Assembly: GCA_965178125.1 (NCBI GenBank)
Contig: OZ237741.1
Coordinates: 310,001-374,000 of the forward strand
Length of the DNA stretch: 64,000 bases
Direction: 5' to 3'
Origin: Bilabrum cf. latius
Taxonomy: Eukaryota
This document shows positions 23,201-37,600 of the stretch, piece by piece. Below the pieces are notes generated by a model, which had not been told where the DNA came from, searched no databases, and was given only the letters and a program-made list of their open reading frames with translations. The position numbers and the translations under genes were made by a program. Each line of letters begins with the position of its first letter. The stretch's first letter is position 1.

Positions 23201-25123
23201 GGAACTCCGCGTGTGCATGGAGAGCACAGCGAGTCCCAAGCACGCTGTGGCTCGCAAAGTCCACAGAAACGAACAGCATCACAAATGTCCACACACTTAG
23301 CAGAAAGATTGCAAGCAGTGCAAAGTGTGGTAACTGGTGCTCAAATAGTGCAATCCAGATTTTGCAGTGGGACTCGGGCAGTTGAGCAGACTCAGCTTGA
23401 CGGCGTTGCCCTGCAGTACCTTGCGGGAACCGTCTACACGCACAGCATCTTGATTCCCAACTCTACGCTGCCGCTTGAGCCTAACGTGAGACAGCAATGG
23501 CACGTTTTTCCTCGTGCTCGTCAAGGGCTGCTCCTCGAATAGCCGCATGCTCTGTCCGGAGAATTGCCTTAGCAGAGTCAAACGGCCCACCTGTTCGCAC
23601 CCCACCTCCACGTTTAGGACAGGTGTCCCTCGATTGCGCAACCTGGATCGCACCAGGCAGAGCATCTCGGATATTGGCTGCCTCAATGGAGAACGATAGC
23701 CCTCGCCCGCCGTGCAGCACATTTTCCCTATCGGCTCCTAGAAAATAATTTCGCGCCAGTTCGCTTGTTGTGAGTTCCATTCCATCCCTCTTGCGATGAA
23801 CTTGAGGCACACACACTTCGGGCACCACTTTGCGCCGTACGGCATCGTGCAGCTAAGATGCCCGTGCGGCAGCGATACCAGGCGTAGGTGCAGGGCTTGT
23901 GCTTGCCTCTGCTGTGGAAGCAGCTCCTATAAGCTCAGAAGCTTCATCGCGGCCAGCCTGGCAAAATGATGACCCTACTTTAACGTGATCACCTGGTGCA
24001 CTTGTGCCTGCCATGACGTTGCTTGAAGCGCCACTGGCTGCACCAGCTCCGAGGAGTCCGCTGGTCTGTTGATGGCGCTGCAACTCGATTTCCTCCAGAT
24101 TGTCGTGGCCTTTGTCTGTGTCGTCTGTCGGCCATGAAGCAGCGTGCTGCCGGCTTTCCATCACCACAGCAGCTGCCGCGGACGCACCCACGCAAGATCC
24201 TGGGTTAGTGCCAATCCTCGTAAGGTTGTAGCCTGCTTGGGCCAGCACTAGCAGCACTGCCTCGCGAAGAGACACCCCTTCGCTCGAATCTAAACTGACC
24301 CTAGGCTCCGGTGTTGGCTCGTCGCATCCCTTGCAAGACAGCAAATTCTTAACCGGAATTCTCCCGTACAACAACCTGTTTATCCGCCACTCGGGGTTCC
24401 TCTTGTCAAAAGTGAGCGGATGTCTGGCTTGGTCAATCTTGTCCAGAGCGACTTGGTCACTCGCAAGATCACTTGCAATGAGCTGGGACACCCTGCGGCC
24501 TGTGTCCATCGAACGTAAGATGCAGCCTGCCCGTATGGCCGCCTGGATCTTAGCCGCCTGTACTACTAGCTCTGCCCACGGAGGAACCGGCAGTTCACGC
24601 GGGTGGGGCGTGACCCGAGGTTCGGAAATTGCAGTCGTACTCTCGAACCGGAGAGCCTCCAAGACGAGGTCGCTCTCGTCCCCACTGCCCTGTCCAGTCA
24701 GTAAGAGGCGCTAGATCTGAGGCGTTTTCACCGCAACCAAAAGTCTACTGCTGCGCTCTAGTCCTGCCAGCCAGGCACCTATAATATCTGATGCGCATTG
24801 CACCTGTGATGATGCCTCCATTGTTTCGTGGAACTTGCCTAATCGGGCAACGAGGCTCTCACATATTGTGTCTCGACCTCGTGCCGGAACGATTGTGTCC
24901 ACACAGACGCGCGATGCATTTCGGGACACAGACATCAATGAAACTATATCAGCAGCAGACAGGAAGTTTGCAACCCCACTCGAAACTCCTGCGCATGGCG
25001 AAACGAGAAAAAAAAAATCGGTGTTCGGACTGGAGAAAGTGCAAGGAAGACGGAGCTCCCGAGTGCAATGCCGCGCAGCACAGGACATGCCTCACTATGA
25101 TCTCTCTACAGTAATCTTAGCAT
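20202..25123 (-). CDS. Uncharacterised ~1600-aa protein with an N-terminal F-box-like motif and a central multi-pass membrane region; ~15 in-frame TAG
   Basis: Track ORFs ending at 20346, 21372, 21618, 21867, 22464, 23016, 23481, 23853 and 24711 share one frame and all end in TAG; the first TGA is at 20202. Acceptor poly-T...CGCAG at 24989; tentative exon 1 is 25123-25096. VANFLSAADIVSLMSVSR resembles an F-box. The start is uncertain. Confidence 0.65.
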
Positions 25124-25691
25124 TCCTCAGATTGAATAGCGTCTCGCTTCAAGCCGCACGTTGTTGTGCTGGGCGCGATTATCGCGCCGCGATACCAGAA
25201 TACCAGAATAATTTGTAGGGTAAACTTGACTGATGCAACCATTCTTCCAGATCCACCACCTGGTTGTGCTCCTGCCGGGATTGCAGCCTGCATGCACTAC
25301 CTCCGCTTGTTCTGCTGCTTGCGCCGCCTCCGGGGTCCCAGCTCCTGCTGAACCCGCTTCCTGCACCACTCTCGTTCCCTGCCAGTGAAGCCCTGACATG
25401 CTCCGCACCGCAACGTTGAATCGAATCGTGCAGCATACGCTCAGCCAGATCCTGATCAAGGCCTCCTCCGGCATACTACGGGCCACTCCCACCCGCTTCT
25501 GGCGGATACGGGCCAACAAGCGCACCCCACTTCCCAGGCGGCCCGCCCCACACAGCGCCCTCCGTCCCGTCCTGGGCGATGATGATCTTGAATCCTAATA
25601 GTTGAAAGCTATCACTACTTTGTCTTTGTTCATCGCTTGTGCACGATTATTCAATTGTTTCACTCTTATTTGCCCCCTCTCTTAACGACCA

Positions 25692-28600
25692 TCATCCACG
25701 CCGGCGCGACTCGACTGCCTCTGCCCGTTGCCGCCTACGCTCATCCCTAGTCAGCGGCTCTTTGCCGCGGCTGCTCCGCCGCCCCGCCCTCGCGCCTCTG
25801 CGTGACGCAATCCCAGATCTCCCGATACCCCCGAGCAAGTCACTAAGCTCGTCCAGGCCCTCAGCGCCACCGGTGCCCAAATCAGCCGCGCCGCCGACGC
25901 CACTGTTCGAGCGTCGATGCTGCCGCCGCGACGATTGCCTGCCGTCCCCAGCGCTCGGTAAGCTCGAACTCGACCTGCGACTGGTTGCGTTGGAAGGCCC
26001 GCCGCCAAGCAGTGCTTCCAAGTCACCGGCAACATCCCTCTCTCGGTCGTGCTTGGGCGGGACCCGTGTTCCACGGACCACGTCAGACCCGGCGCGCGTC
26101 TCCCCTGAAATCTCACTCACCTGCGTCCTTCGAGATGGAGACACTGCGATGTCGTCAAGCCGTAGGGACTGCTGCCTGCCGCGCTGCGATGACTCTTCGG
26201 ACCTCTGTCCCCCTCCAAGAAGGTCATCCAAGTCGGCCGCTCCTCCTCCACCACGGCCTCGGCCTCGGCCCGCAGCAGGTGCCTCTCTGTCGTCCACTCC
26301 CAGCAGGTCGCGCAGGCTTGTTCGGCTGGAGGGCCTGCTCATGGGTCGTGTCCTTTCGGCGACCCCACGTCGCGACTTCACTGTGGAGTCAGGCCCGAGC
26401 AGCTCCACCAGACGCCTGTCTCGGTCGTGGCTCGGGGCTCGGTCCCACGGCAAATCAGCGTCGCGGCGACGGCTCCCTCTGCGCTGGTGGTCTTCGCGCC
26501 GACCGAACCGACTCCGACTCTCGTAGTCGCGGCTCGCTCGGTATTCTTCGCCGCTCAGCAGTGCTTCAAGCTTGCCGCCCGGCTAGAACCGACCCCTGTC
26601 TTCTTCATCGGTGCGATAGTCATACTCGTCCTCATCTCCGGCCCTGAGCATCGAACGGATGCCAGCATCCTGTCGCAGCCTCCGGATAGCGGCCCTGAAC
26701 AGCTCCTCTGTCAGCCCAGCTCCCTCTGTCAGCCCAAAGTCCCGGAATACTCTCCTGGCGACTGCCCCTGAGCAATCTAGGCCAAGAGCCCTGCAGGCCT
26801 GAGGGAAAGCAGACTGTCCGACGCCAACGCCGTTAGTGGTATGCGTCGCGAACGTGCGATATATTCTGACCACAGCCGTGCGGGCGGGAGAGGCAGGCGG
26901 CTCTACCCCATGCCTTGCTGTTCCCTGCGGGTTGGTACCCTCCTTCCTCATTGGGGGTGCCACGGGCGGCTCGGCTGCAACCGCAGCACTTGCGGCGGCG
27001 CTGGTGCCGCCAGTGTTTCTGATCCACTCCTGCAACCAAGGCGTGCCAGCGATGTGAGACGGCAGGCCTCCTCTAGACACCATGCCGCGCAGCTGCGCGT
27101 CAATTACTCGAAGGAAAGCATCGAATGAGATGCCTTCCGCGGCACTCGATCTCGAGTTACCCGAGAGGGAAGAGACGCGGCGTACCATCCACTTCCGGAG
27201 CAAGCCTTGCATTTTGGCGTACTTGGCAGCAGGACCGGCAGCGATTCCCAAGCCTAGTTTGGACACGCATCGGGGCAACGCTGCAGCTTCCAAGACAGCC
27301 ATAGTTTCGTTGCCGCTGCCGGCGGTGGGATCACGCTGCTAGCGGGACGATGCTGTTTGCGAGACCTCTGAGGCGTACGAATCGAACGCATCTTTCAGGT
27401 CAATGATGCCTCCTCCGAACGCCGCAACGACGGAAGCGACACCGCCACCGCCCGACTATGTCAATGCTGGCGCATCGGGGCTTAATCCATCTGCCAACCG
27501 GTCATGCTCCTGCTCCTATTCCTTGCTGCTGGAGGTGCCCGCAGCCAAGGCACCCCGCGTACTCCCCGCCGTTGTAACCCCCATCGCTGCCCTGCTTGTC
27601 GGGTACCTGCTTCCCGCCCCTGATTGCATGGGCCCCCACCCATCCGGCGCTGCTTCACCACTGGGAGCTGTGCCATAGCCCTGGTACAGCTCGACGGGTT
27701 CAAACCCGTCGCCAACCAGGCGCAACAGCTTACTACCCATCACCTCGATGTCCTCGTGGTCGTCTTGAGCAGCGCGGCTGCCGAGAGCACGCCCAGCCAA
27801 CACGCCGCTCTCTAGCATTGTTTTCACTGTCGAGTCACCCACCGTGAACGACATCCTCGGGTCCACTTTGGCGGCATCTGGGTCCTTGCTGCCGCGGAGG
27901 AATTCCGTGTCGCCTCGATCCAGGCGGTCTGTTTCCCCCTCGCCATGGCCAACCCGCGCTCGCCTGGCATGGAAGGAGACAAAGCCTCTCTCCCGGTCTG
28001 CCAGTCGCGCAGCCCTACTCAGGGCACCAGACCTGCATCGCCTAACCAGCAGAGCAGCAATGGGCTCAGCGGCCCTCATTTCGAGTACCACGCAGCCTCT
28101 TGCCTCTCGCATGATAGCGGGCGAGTCAGCCGCCATGCCCCGCCTGCCAGCCAGCATGGAGCTCGACGCATCTTTGAACAGGCCGCGCAGCCCGCCTCGC
28201 ACAAACGCAATCGCACTGAGGGTGATTGGATCATCTCTCTAAATGAGCGAGCCGGGCTGCTGCTCCGATTGATCCTCTACCACGCTCAGCACGACATCCA
28301 TGATGGCCTCGCTGTCCACGCTAGACACCCCTGACGCCTCCACGGTCAGCCAAATCGCGGCTTCCCCCTTCGGCGGAGGTCCACTGAGGTAGCCAACCTG
28401 CGAGTGGTTTTGCGATTTCGCTTGCGACCTTGAGCCTTGGTCGGCTAGCCCCGGCCCGGCGCTGTGCGCGGGCAGCGACGCAGGTCGTGCCGCATCGCGG
28501 CCTTGCTAGGACGCTGCAGCAGCCTCTATATCGCCCGGCAACCTCTAGTCAGAGGTCGCTGCGTCTGATGTAATGGCAGCTCGCATACCCGCCGCCTGCA

Positions 28601-31600
28601 GTGACTATCGCATGGCGGCAATGACGGCGGCGTCATCGGTGCCTGCACCTCGGCGGGCCCCGGCAGTATCCTCTCGGATAGATGCCTCGCGACCTGCAGC
28701 GTCTGACGGGCCATGAAGATTTGCCCGTAGCCACCTCGTCCACTCTTTGTCTTGTCTTTGCCGCTCGTGAGCCACCGATGCCCCATCACCGCCAAGCCGA
28801 ATGGGTACCACCAGACTAGCGGGCGCGTGCTGCAGTGAAACGGGCACACCACCCTCTGCGATGGACTGCACAATGCTGATGCTCTCGATCGACAATAGCG
28901 TCCGTAGGTTGGTCTGCAGGCACACCTGGTCCCATGGCTATTTCGCAGAGGCAAGCATCCTCGACTCCCTGGGCACGGCCCCGCTAGCGCTGATCACGTC
29001 CTCGCACCGCTGGCACATCCGGCCGAGCGCATCGCCGGCCTGCCGGAGCGAGGCAAAACTCTAGGCGAAGCGACCCACTGCCTTCATGGCTCGATACAGA
29101 GCCATAATCCGCCACAAAATAGCAGAAGCTTCGGCACGGAAAACGGCCCTATCGCCCACAAGGTTCTCAAAGATTGCAGTGGGCGCTGTCTGGCCGGGAT
29201 CCACGCGGGTGTCATCTCCCAGTCCGGAGCCAACTGCCAGTCCGAGCAGCTCGCTACCAAACATTAAATCTCCCAATAAGCGCTACGTGTCTGCCTCTAG
29301 CTTGTCCGACAGAACTGCATCGCGCAGCAAGCTGCCCATTGCAAGCTGCAGAAGTGCATCCAGCACAGCTCCGCGGGCTGCCATCCACTGGGGCAGCCCG
29401 TCAACCATGCCGCGAATATTCGTGCTCTCACGAACAACCGTTCGGACTGTTCTGCGGCACTGCGCACTGCTCAATGAGAGCGTGTGGGGTATGTTGCAGT
29501 TGGCGAGAGCGATACCCAGAGTTGCTCGCCAGTGCATTGGTGCGGAAGCCCACGCGAGTCCAATGTTGGTTGCCGTTGCCCCGTCGGATTCTAGCAGAGC
29601 CATAACTTGGGATGGTGCCGCGCTAAACTGCTGCGAATTAGCCTGTATGATGCTTGTAGATGCGCAGTAGAGCACACGAGCCAGGACTGAGCCGGCCGAG
29701 GTGCACACGCCGACGTTGCGATCCAGATCACCTACCAGGTCTGCAGCGGAGATGTGCGAGCAAGCCATTTGTGAGAGGACTGCCAGACCAAGCCCCCTGA
29801 CACTGGACTAGCCAACGAGGCCAAGGCAGCCTGCGACTGCTCGCGGATGGGCGATCCCCGACTCCGCCTATGCACACGCAGACCCAACCACAGCGAGCAT
29901 GTCTGTGATCGCGGCTGACCACCGAGCCTGCGCTTCACGTCCGTACCGGCTTCTGGAGGACACATTCATCACTCCAGCCCACAGCAGTGCCGCTGCACTC
30001 CACGATGCTTCCGCGAGAGCCACTAGTTGCTAGTCTCCGGCAAGTTTCAACATCCTGGCATCCGGCAGGGGCTCGTCTGCCTGCGCCTGGGACAGCACAG
30101 CCCCTGCACGCTTGGTTCGCGCCTATCTCAGACCCTGCGTCCCCGCCATTTGCACAAGGCCAGTTGCGAGAGAGACCAGCTGCGAAAGTCCGGGCGAGGC
30201 CTGCTGCATGGCCATGTAAGCAGCGGTTGCCTGCTGCTCAGAGTCAGCGATACAGGACTGCAGGAAGGGGGCCGCGCTCTGCAGCGCGCTTGCAATGGGG
30301 TCGAGTGACTCCAGAACGCCCCTAGCTTCGGCTCCCGACAGGTCCATTCCCTGCGCGCCAAAGACCTGCATCGCCTCAGTTACAGAAGCGTCCCGGCGGC
30401 CCAGGGTCACTGCAAGCACCGAATCAGTACCGTCTTGCACGGCACCATCCACCGCTGCGCGCAACCTAGCAGTGGCCGCGCCAACCGTGTATTCGTGCCT
30501 GATCGCATCTGAATCGCGGGCGTCACCACTACCGAAGACACGCTCTACAGTTGAAAGCAGCGATTGTGCAGGCACAGACTGCTCACACAACTGGCCTACA
30601 TCGGGGCCCAGCTCTCCTTGCGAGGCAATCAGCACAAAACCCATGGCGGTTCCCGTGACAGCAAATGCGTCCAATTTCCCGAGATCCTACCTATCCATGG
30701 GAGCTATTTGGATGCTCCTAGGTCGAGCACCCGCCTTCCAGGACCTTAACGTCGCGATGGACAACGAGGGAATAATGCCAGCAGCTTCGCAATGCTGCGC
30801 CGAGACTGCACCGCTACGAATACCAGTCAGCAAAAAATGCAGGCAAGACATCGCGCAGCGTTTCTCGGGTCTGTCGTGAGGAGCAGCCTACATCTCCAGC
30901 TCATCTGCAATGCAGCGTAACGCCCCAAGCAGGATGGCCTCGGATGCCAAGAGACCCCGCCGTTGCAGCTCAGCGCACAGACCTGCTGCAGCCGTCTGTC
31001 CACCCACAAATCCATCCCCAAGCTCATCGGACCTGCGAGGAAGCGCCAAGCACGCTGTTCTCCGAGACTGCCTGTCAGAGTACATGCAGCGGGCAAGCGC
31101 AAGCAGCACACCGGCGCAAGCCTCCCTACACCTCGAATCCGAGTCGCTGATACAAGCCAATGCAAGCTCCAGCAGCCCGGAATCGACCAGTGCAGCACTA
31201 CTGTCTGCAAGCAGCTGCACAGCATCCGCCGTGGCCGGCTCGCAAACAGACGCTACCTTGCTAGCAATGATCTCAAGGGCTGCTGCTCGTGACGCTGGCC
31301 TGTCCGACTGCATGTCGTCCTGCAGGCGAAGCAACCCGCGGCATGCCCGAAGGTAGGCTGGCGACAGCGGTGCAATCGGACCATCGATGATGCCCGTGCC
31401 CTGTTCCATGGACGAAATTCTGCCTCCACCAGGAGGATGAGCCAAATGAGCAGCATGGCCAGTCGAACGTGCCTGGCCTTGCTCACTTGATATCTGATCC
31501 ATGCCAGATACCGCTCTCTGAAGCTGCATGGACATGTTTGCAATCGATGCTGCGGAAGATGCGCACAGAGAAGCCCCAGATACGCCGCTATCAATGTCCG

Positions 31601-34600
31601 TGGTGCCAGCCAACGTGGCTTCCAATGACCCAGGCTGAAGAACCTTGTCCTCTCTTGACCTTGCGCTGGATTGTTCACCGGGCATTGCCCCACGCAGCAC
31701 GCTGCTGATTAAGTTGCCGTCATCACCATACACTGCATCCATCAGCACGCTAGCCGATTGCCTGCTCGATGCGGTGGGAAGCAACAAACTCGAACCAGTT
31801 TGGCCCGATGCCAATTTTGCGCATGCAGCAGAGAAGGGAGCGACGAAGGCGCGCGCTGCGGCACGAACCCGCGACTGAGAGTCCGGCGTACCCCCCGAGG
31901 AGTCCGATGAAGCCTGCACAATGGATGCCATTGCATCAATCAGAGCTGTGCCCAACACCTGGGCAGGGCTGGCGCCCCGCCTCTCTCCTGACATGGCTGC
32001 GTTGACTTCAGCGACTACAGGCTTGCTTCCTGCAGCATCGTCAGCTGCTACAAGTGCGACTGAATGCCTCAGCTCGCGGCCTGCGTGCTCAAGATGGATG
32101 GCAGCATTGGTGGCTCCCATGACTAGCCCGAACACCTGCGCTGCGGCTTCCCGGTCCTGGCGGTCACTCAACGGCTCGCCACCGAGCATGCGTGCCGCAG
32201 CTTCGACTATTTGCGCGCAGCATGACTTTAGAATGCTGCAGCCGCCCCGTAGAAGCGAAATAGAGCTAGATCGGCTGGGCTCCCTGAGTGAACCTTGCCC
32301 CAAAGAGCTATGCAGCCTAGCAGTGATTGCATCCAGCAACTGCACGAGTGGCTTTGCGGTGCCGGTCAGGGGGCCCACCAGCATACCATCAGTAGAACTG
32401 CCACGACTCGTTGATCGAGAAGGAAAGAGATTAACTTCTTGGCTACTAGACTTCAGCAAATCTACGCTCTAACGACCAGCTTGCCCCACAAAGTGAAGCA
32501 GTAGACCCTTTGGGCACTCTTCATCACTGATTACCTGCTGGGTTGCCCTGGCAACATTGCCGCACACCTTTCGGAAGAGATTGCTTGCCTGGGCAACAAG
32601 AAGCTTCCCACCAGAGTGGTCGTTGGCCTCTTTGGCTCGAAGGAGTTGCTGCAGGGACGGCGGGATAATCATTGATAGAGGTGAAGGCACAGCTCCTTCA
32701 GCTCTCTCTTCAAGCACGACTTGCTGCGTGGCTGGGGTTGATGCTGCAACGCTGCTGAAAAACTGCTCGATTTCCATGCTGGCTGCGCCAATCGTTCGCT
32801 GCGTGTCCAAATACCTCGTGAAATTGCTTTCAAAGCGCTGTCCGATTCGGAGCAAAGCCATCTCGGCAGACAGTGTTTGCTGGCTATCTCCTAGGCGGCA
32901 AATGGCGTCGCTTAGTAGCTGCGGAGACAAGATCATGGTCCCACCTGAAGCTGCTAGCAACGCATGCGATGCGCACCCGATTGACACCGCGAGTCCCACT
33001 GCGGATTCGTCCGCGGCACGTCTAGGAAGACTGGCGCGCGGTACCATGCCAGCGCTTGAGGCCCGCTGGACGGCAGCAAGGAGCGTGTCAACTGAGACAC
33101 CCAGCTTTGCAATCCTCGACACAGCGCTAGGAATTGTCTTGTCTAGGCCATGCGAAGACGCTACGGCAGCAACAATCGGCTCGAAGAATCCCGCGATTCC
33201 TCGCACTATGCCAGAGTCCGGGGCGTCACCCAGAGCTGCTTCTCCAAGCGCGATGGAGGCGGGGCTGGCCTGATGTATGCAAGACAGGGTAGCAGCTGCT
33301 AGCACTACCCTAAACTAGGGTGCTCGCACCATCAGATGCCTAGCAGCACGCATCAGCTGCACGATGGTACGGTGGTCTTGGCCAGGGACACAGTCGGTAC
33401 TCTCGGCATGCGCTGACACATGCCAGAGAGCAGCTGCCAGTGAGCCTCCGTCAAACAGCGACAGGCCGGGAGTACCACCGACCGTGCTTCCTAGCATGCT
33501 CATGGACGAAACCGTCCGGTGGAGTGCACCGACGTCAACCTCGCCAATCGTTGCCGTTGGGTCCCGCTCTCTGCCCCCTGCAGCTGCGATGCCTTGCATG
33601 ATACCGTCCCAGTCCATAAGTGACGACGACGCCTGCTGCAGTGAGACCTGCGTCGCTAGCCTCCTACTCTACGCAGCAGCAGCCACATTCTGAAGCATGC
33701 CAGCTGCAGCCGCATGCCGCAGAGCCGCAGTCATCGATCCGACTGCCGATTCTGGGAGCGGGGATGCCGCAATGCTGCGAGGCACCATGGCCTGTGCACA
33801 TCCGACAGCAAGCGTAAAGCGTGAGTTCTGCTTGGCACCCGAACCGGCGGTCTCAATGCGAACGAGATCAGCACAAGCAAGGGCTTCTGCCGTACTAGGC
33901 GGTGCGTCCAACCTTCTTTGTACAGCCGCTGGGAGTCTTGCAACAACAGACCACGGGACACGCACATGCACCAGATCGCCCAACTTTAACTCGGGCACGC
34001 TGCCACCCTTCGTGTCGCAGACAAACTGCACGTTGCAATGCAGCGAAATGGCACTGCAGCTATCCTTGTCAGCCACTCGGATGGCTGCGGGGACATGAAC
34101 CCAAGCCGCACCACTATCACCTGCAACGGCATCGCTAGAGACACCACCATTAAGCGAGTCTCCGATCACCCGTACACATGATAAAGATGGTGTGTGGTCT
34201 TGATCGACTGCAGCAATCTCCGAATCGGGCGTGTCTCCATCGCGGGAGAACCAAGCGATGCGCACGTCGCTTCCTTCTTGTGGCGAATCACCCACCGATT
34301 GCTCGGTGTTCCCAACAGGAGCTGCAGAGCCCCAGCCAATTCCTTCGTCAGATCTAGCCAGCTGTAGCCTGCTGCGCTGCATCGAATCCAAGATCTTCGA
34401 TACCGGCTACATGCCGAGCTATTGCGCTGGCCTTTCTGGCGTAGCGCTGTCTGCTGTATCTACAAAGTCGGCGCAGGCACGATGCCACGTTCTCTTTGCA
34501 GCTCCCAACGGACCCACGACACCGACGCAAAATACTCTGCACACTTTGGATCTGTCTCGAAGCACACGGGTGAGTAGCTTCGAGGCGCTGCTCGGTAGCT

Positions 34601-37600
34601 CTCTCTGCGGGTGTACCAGGCATGACATCAAGTCACTCTGCCTGCTGCTGGTCAGCTGCACAAGCGCTGTACTGAACCGAACAATGGGCATGCAAACAGA
34701 ATCACCGCTGTCGAAGCACCACACGCAAGCTAGTCTACAAGCAGCTTCGCCGGGGTCGGCATCAACGGCACCTTTGCCAGTCACGCTGATCGTTGCAGCT
34801 TCTTTGCATTGTACCGCATCGACTAGCACGGAGCACTGCGAGCTACTGATCGATGTCATCCCAGCGAGCGAGGTAGAGACCTCGAGCCCACCAAGCGATT
34901 CAGAGAGGTCTACGGCAGTTTGCACCGGCATCATGACGGGTCCATCCAAATCCCCACTCGAAGGCCGTAGAGACGCGCGAACGGCGTGTGAACTTGCATC
35001 GACTACAAGGAGGCCGCTTGTTCGATGCTGCGAAACAGCCAGCGCCCCACTGCCAGGTAAGAACTTGATCTAGCTTGCAACGAACGAGTCCGGCTTCATG
35101 AAGGACGGCAGTGAAAGGCCAGGGGTTGGCTGCAGGGCGGAGGCCCAATGCACCTGTGCGATGCACGGAAGATTAGGCACATCGTTCACTCCTGTATCGC
35201 CCGTTGAAGCCTCAAATGCGAACGAAGCCGCCAATGAGAGCGGATACACTCCCACATGCTGCCTGTGAATAACGGCAATATACCCTGCTAGGGCGGGGTG
35301 TCCTGTGGGCACGCTTGACTCGATCTTCCACGATGCTGGCATCCACGACGTGATCCTGCTTGTAGGCGCAGACGCGTTGCTTGCGAATGCAGGCGTTGAG
35401 ATGCGGAACGCCGGCCCACCGAATGTGGTAGAGAGGCCAACGAGGTCTCGCTCTTCGCTGTCTCCACGGGCATCTTCGCCTCCATCTAGTGATTCGGGGT
35501 CCACGGCCTCACAAACAAGCAGATTTGCATTCGATGCGTACACGACTGGGACAAGCTGTCGCATCGAGTCCTCCTCACTGATAGGTGACCCGTGCCAGGC
35601 TGGCGGATCTACCGTGTGCAGAAGGGAGCCACCGGTAGCCAGGGAGCAGCTGCGGAGCTCTAATGCGCGGCCAAAGCTGCAGTCCACGACGCACTCCTCC
35701 CGCGGCATGGCCGTGGTCATCTTGCTCACAATTGTATCATCTATGCCCGCCAGATCCTCTTCCTTTTCTATCGATGTTGATCCTGTGCGAAGGGTCGGGC
35801 ATGCGACAGTGTGATGCTCTTGCAGCGAGCCAAGGCCGTACCAGAGCTCATGCTCGGGCTTGCTGACGCAAGCAGAAAACGTAGCAAAGCTAAAGCGTCC
35901 AGTTGACATGCCATCAGAGAGCCGAAGCCGGATTGGGATCCCTGCAGCTCTAGCGATCGCCTCGGCTGGGTCCGAGGGCTGGATGGCCTTCCAAGCCGCG
36001 CATGGGGCTCCGGTGAGGCAGTTCCATACCACGGCCAGGCCATCGCTGTGCAAAGTGCAGCAACGGGATCCATCATCAGACAGGGTCGAGAGAATCACTG
36101 GCATGGTCGGCAGGTTCCCACCCAGCACCCGGCCACCCAGCGCCTCAGCTGGTGCTGGGTCAGCCACGACTGGACGAAGCGCGGTCAGCACGTCCGCTCG
36201 AGTCAGGCGAGAGCCCTTCAATTGGAACTTCTCTCGTAAGGTAATATCCACAGCGCCACCGAATTGATATAGAAACAGAGTTGTCTAGTCGCCCAGGCTC
36301 CGCTCCAAATCCATCAATGATACCGTCTGAGATTCGTCCCCAGTTGCCGCAATGGATTCGGTGACCGCAGCGTTGAACACCTGCCGCAGCCAATGCAGCC
36401 TGGGAGAGCCCACTGGCATACTGGCTTGCAAACAAGCATCTGTGTCGCGTGCCTGTGCCATTTCGTGCTCTTCAAACTCATCAGCTTGTGCTCCGCTCCC
36501 GATCCGCCTTTGTCTCTAGTCTCGCCACACGCGAAACTGTACAGCCTGCACGAGATCAAAAGTTCCATCAAGCTCGTACTCCTCAACAAAGCTCTCCAGC
36601 TCGTCTGGAAGCGGATCAAAACCATCCAAGCTTCGCATCAGCGCGGCTGCTCGGTATGCGAACAAGGCATGGCTCGGGCTTGTGCGGCCACACTCGTCGC
36701 GCTGCTGCGCGAGATGGTTGCCGAACTCACATGCAAGCACCCTGAAGCTCCCTGCTGCCCAATCCGCTGCGAGTTCACGCGCCGCATGCCGTGCACTGGG
36801 CCAGTCATGCTCGCTGCCGGCCCCTGCGATCTCCTCGCCAAAAGCAAAACTCGGCATCATCGAGTCGACGGTTGCTATCCTGCACGTGCCTTCGCAATCA
36901 TCAAGTCCGTTACCAGCCCGAAACAGGCTGGAGAATTCCTCTGCTCCCAGGCGAGTTTCGAGTAATCTGACGTGGTCACCCATCGTCTAACGGTCGCCGT
37001 CGCCTCGCTGAAAGGTGTCATGGGCCTCGCATAGAAGCTACCAAGCCTTGGATATGGACGGTGGTACCGTACCGCCGTGGGAATCCTCATCAATACCGGC
37101 ACAGCCTGGCATCAAATGGTCAGTTGCTAGCACATTGGACGGCCGGGCGCGCATCAAGACCATCGCTTCTTTAAGCGGAATCTCCGGCTCACCGAGCTTG
37201 GATGCTGCGGCTTCGAACGCAGCTTGGAGAGCAACGAATATACCGGGCACCGTACCAGAAAGAGACACGCTCGTCGGGAAAAGAGGACTGCGAAGGCAAA
37301 CCTGGCTTCCTGCGATGGCGTCAATTGTGTCTCGAGTACCTTCCAAAATACCCGGCCCACCAGCTAAGCACCACCCCATATCATCCCCGAGCCGAGGCTG
37401 CGGCGGTATTGGCACCACTAGATGCTGCCGTTTGCGCACGATCGAGTCTCGCTCGAAGGCGTCGGCGGCCGCCAGCTCTGCTGCTTGATTTGCCGCAACC
37501 GCTGAGGCTTTCTCGATCGCTAGCCCGATTACTTCGTTGCGGACGAACGACACAATGTCTTCTCTGAGCAACCGTAGTGTATCCTCGGTGTTTCCCTACA

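Noticed and set aside
25127-25600. Short ORFs and a Pro-rich plus-strand fragment between the two large minus-strand genes
   Set aside because: The candidates are interrupted by TGA or lack motifs; no supportable gene model.
19861-25637. Block between the direct repeats as an LTR retroelement or integrated virus
   Set aside because: I found no RT, integrase, transposase or capsid motifs. The repeats derive from a host gene end, and the enclosed gene uses the host TAG code and has an apparent intron.
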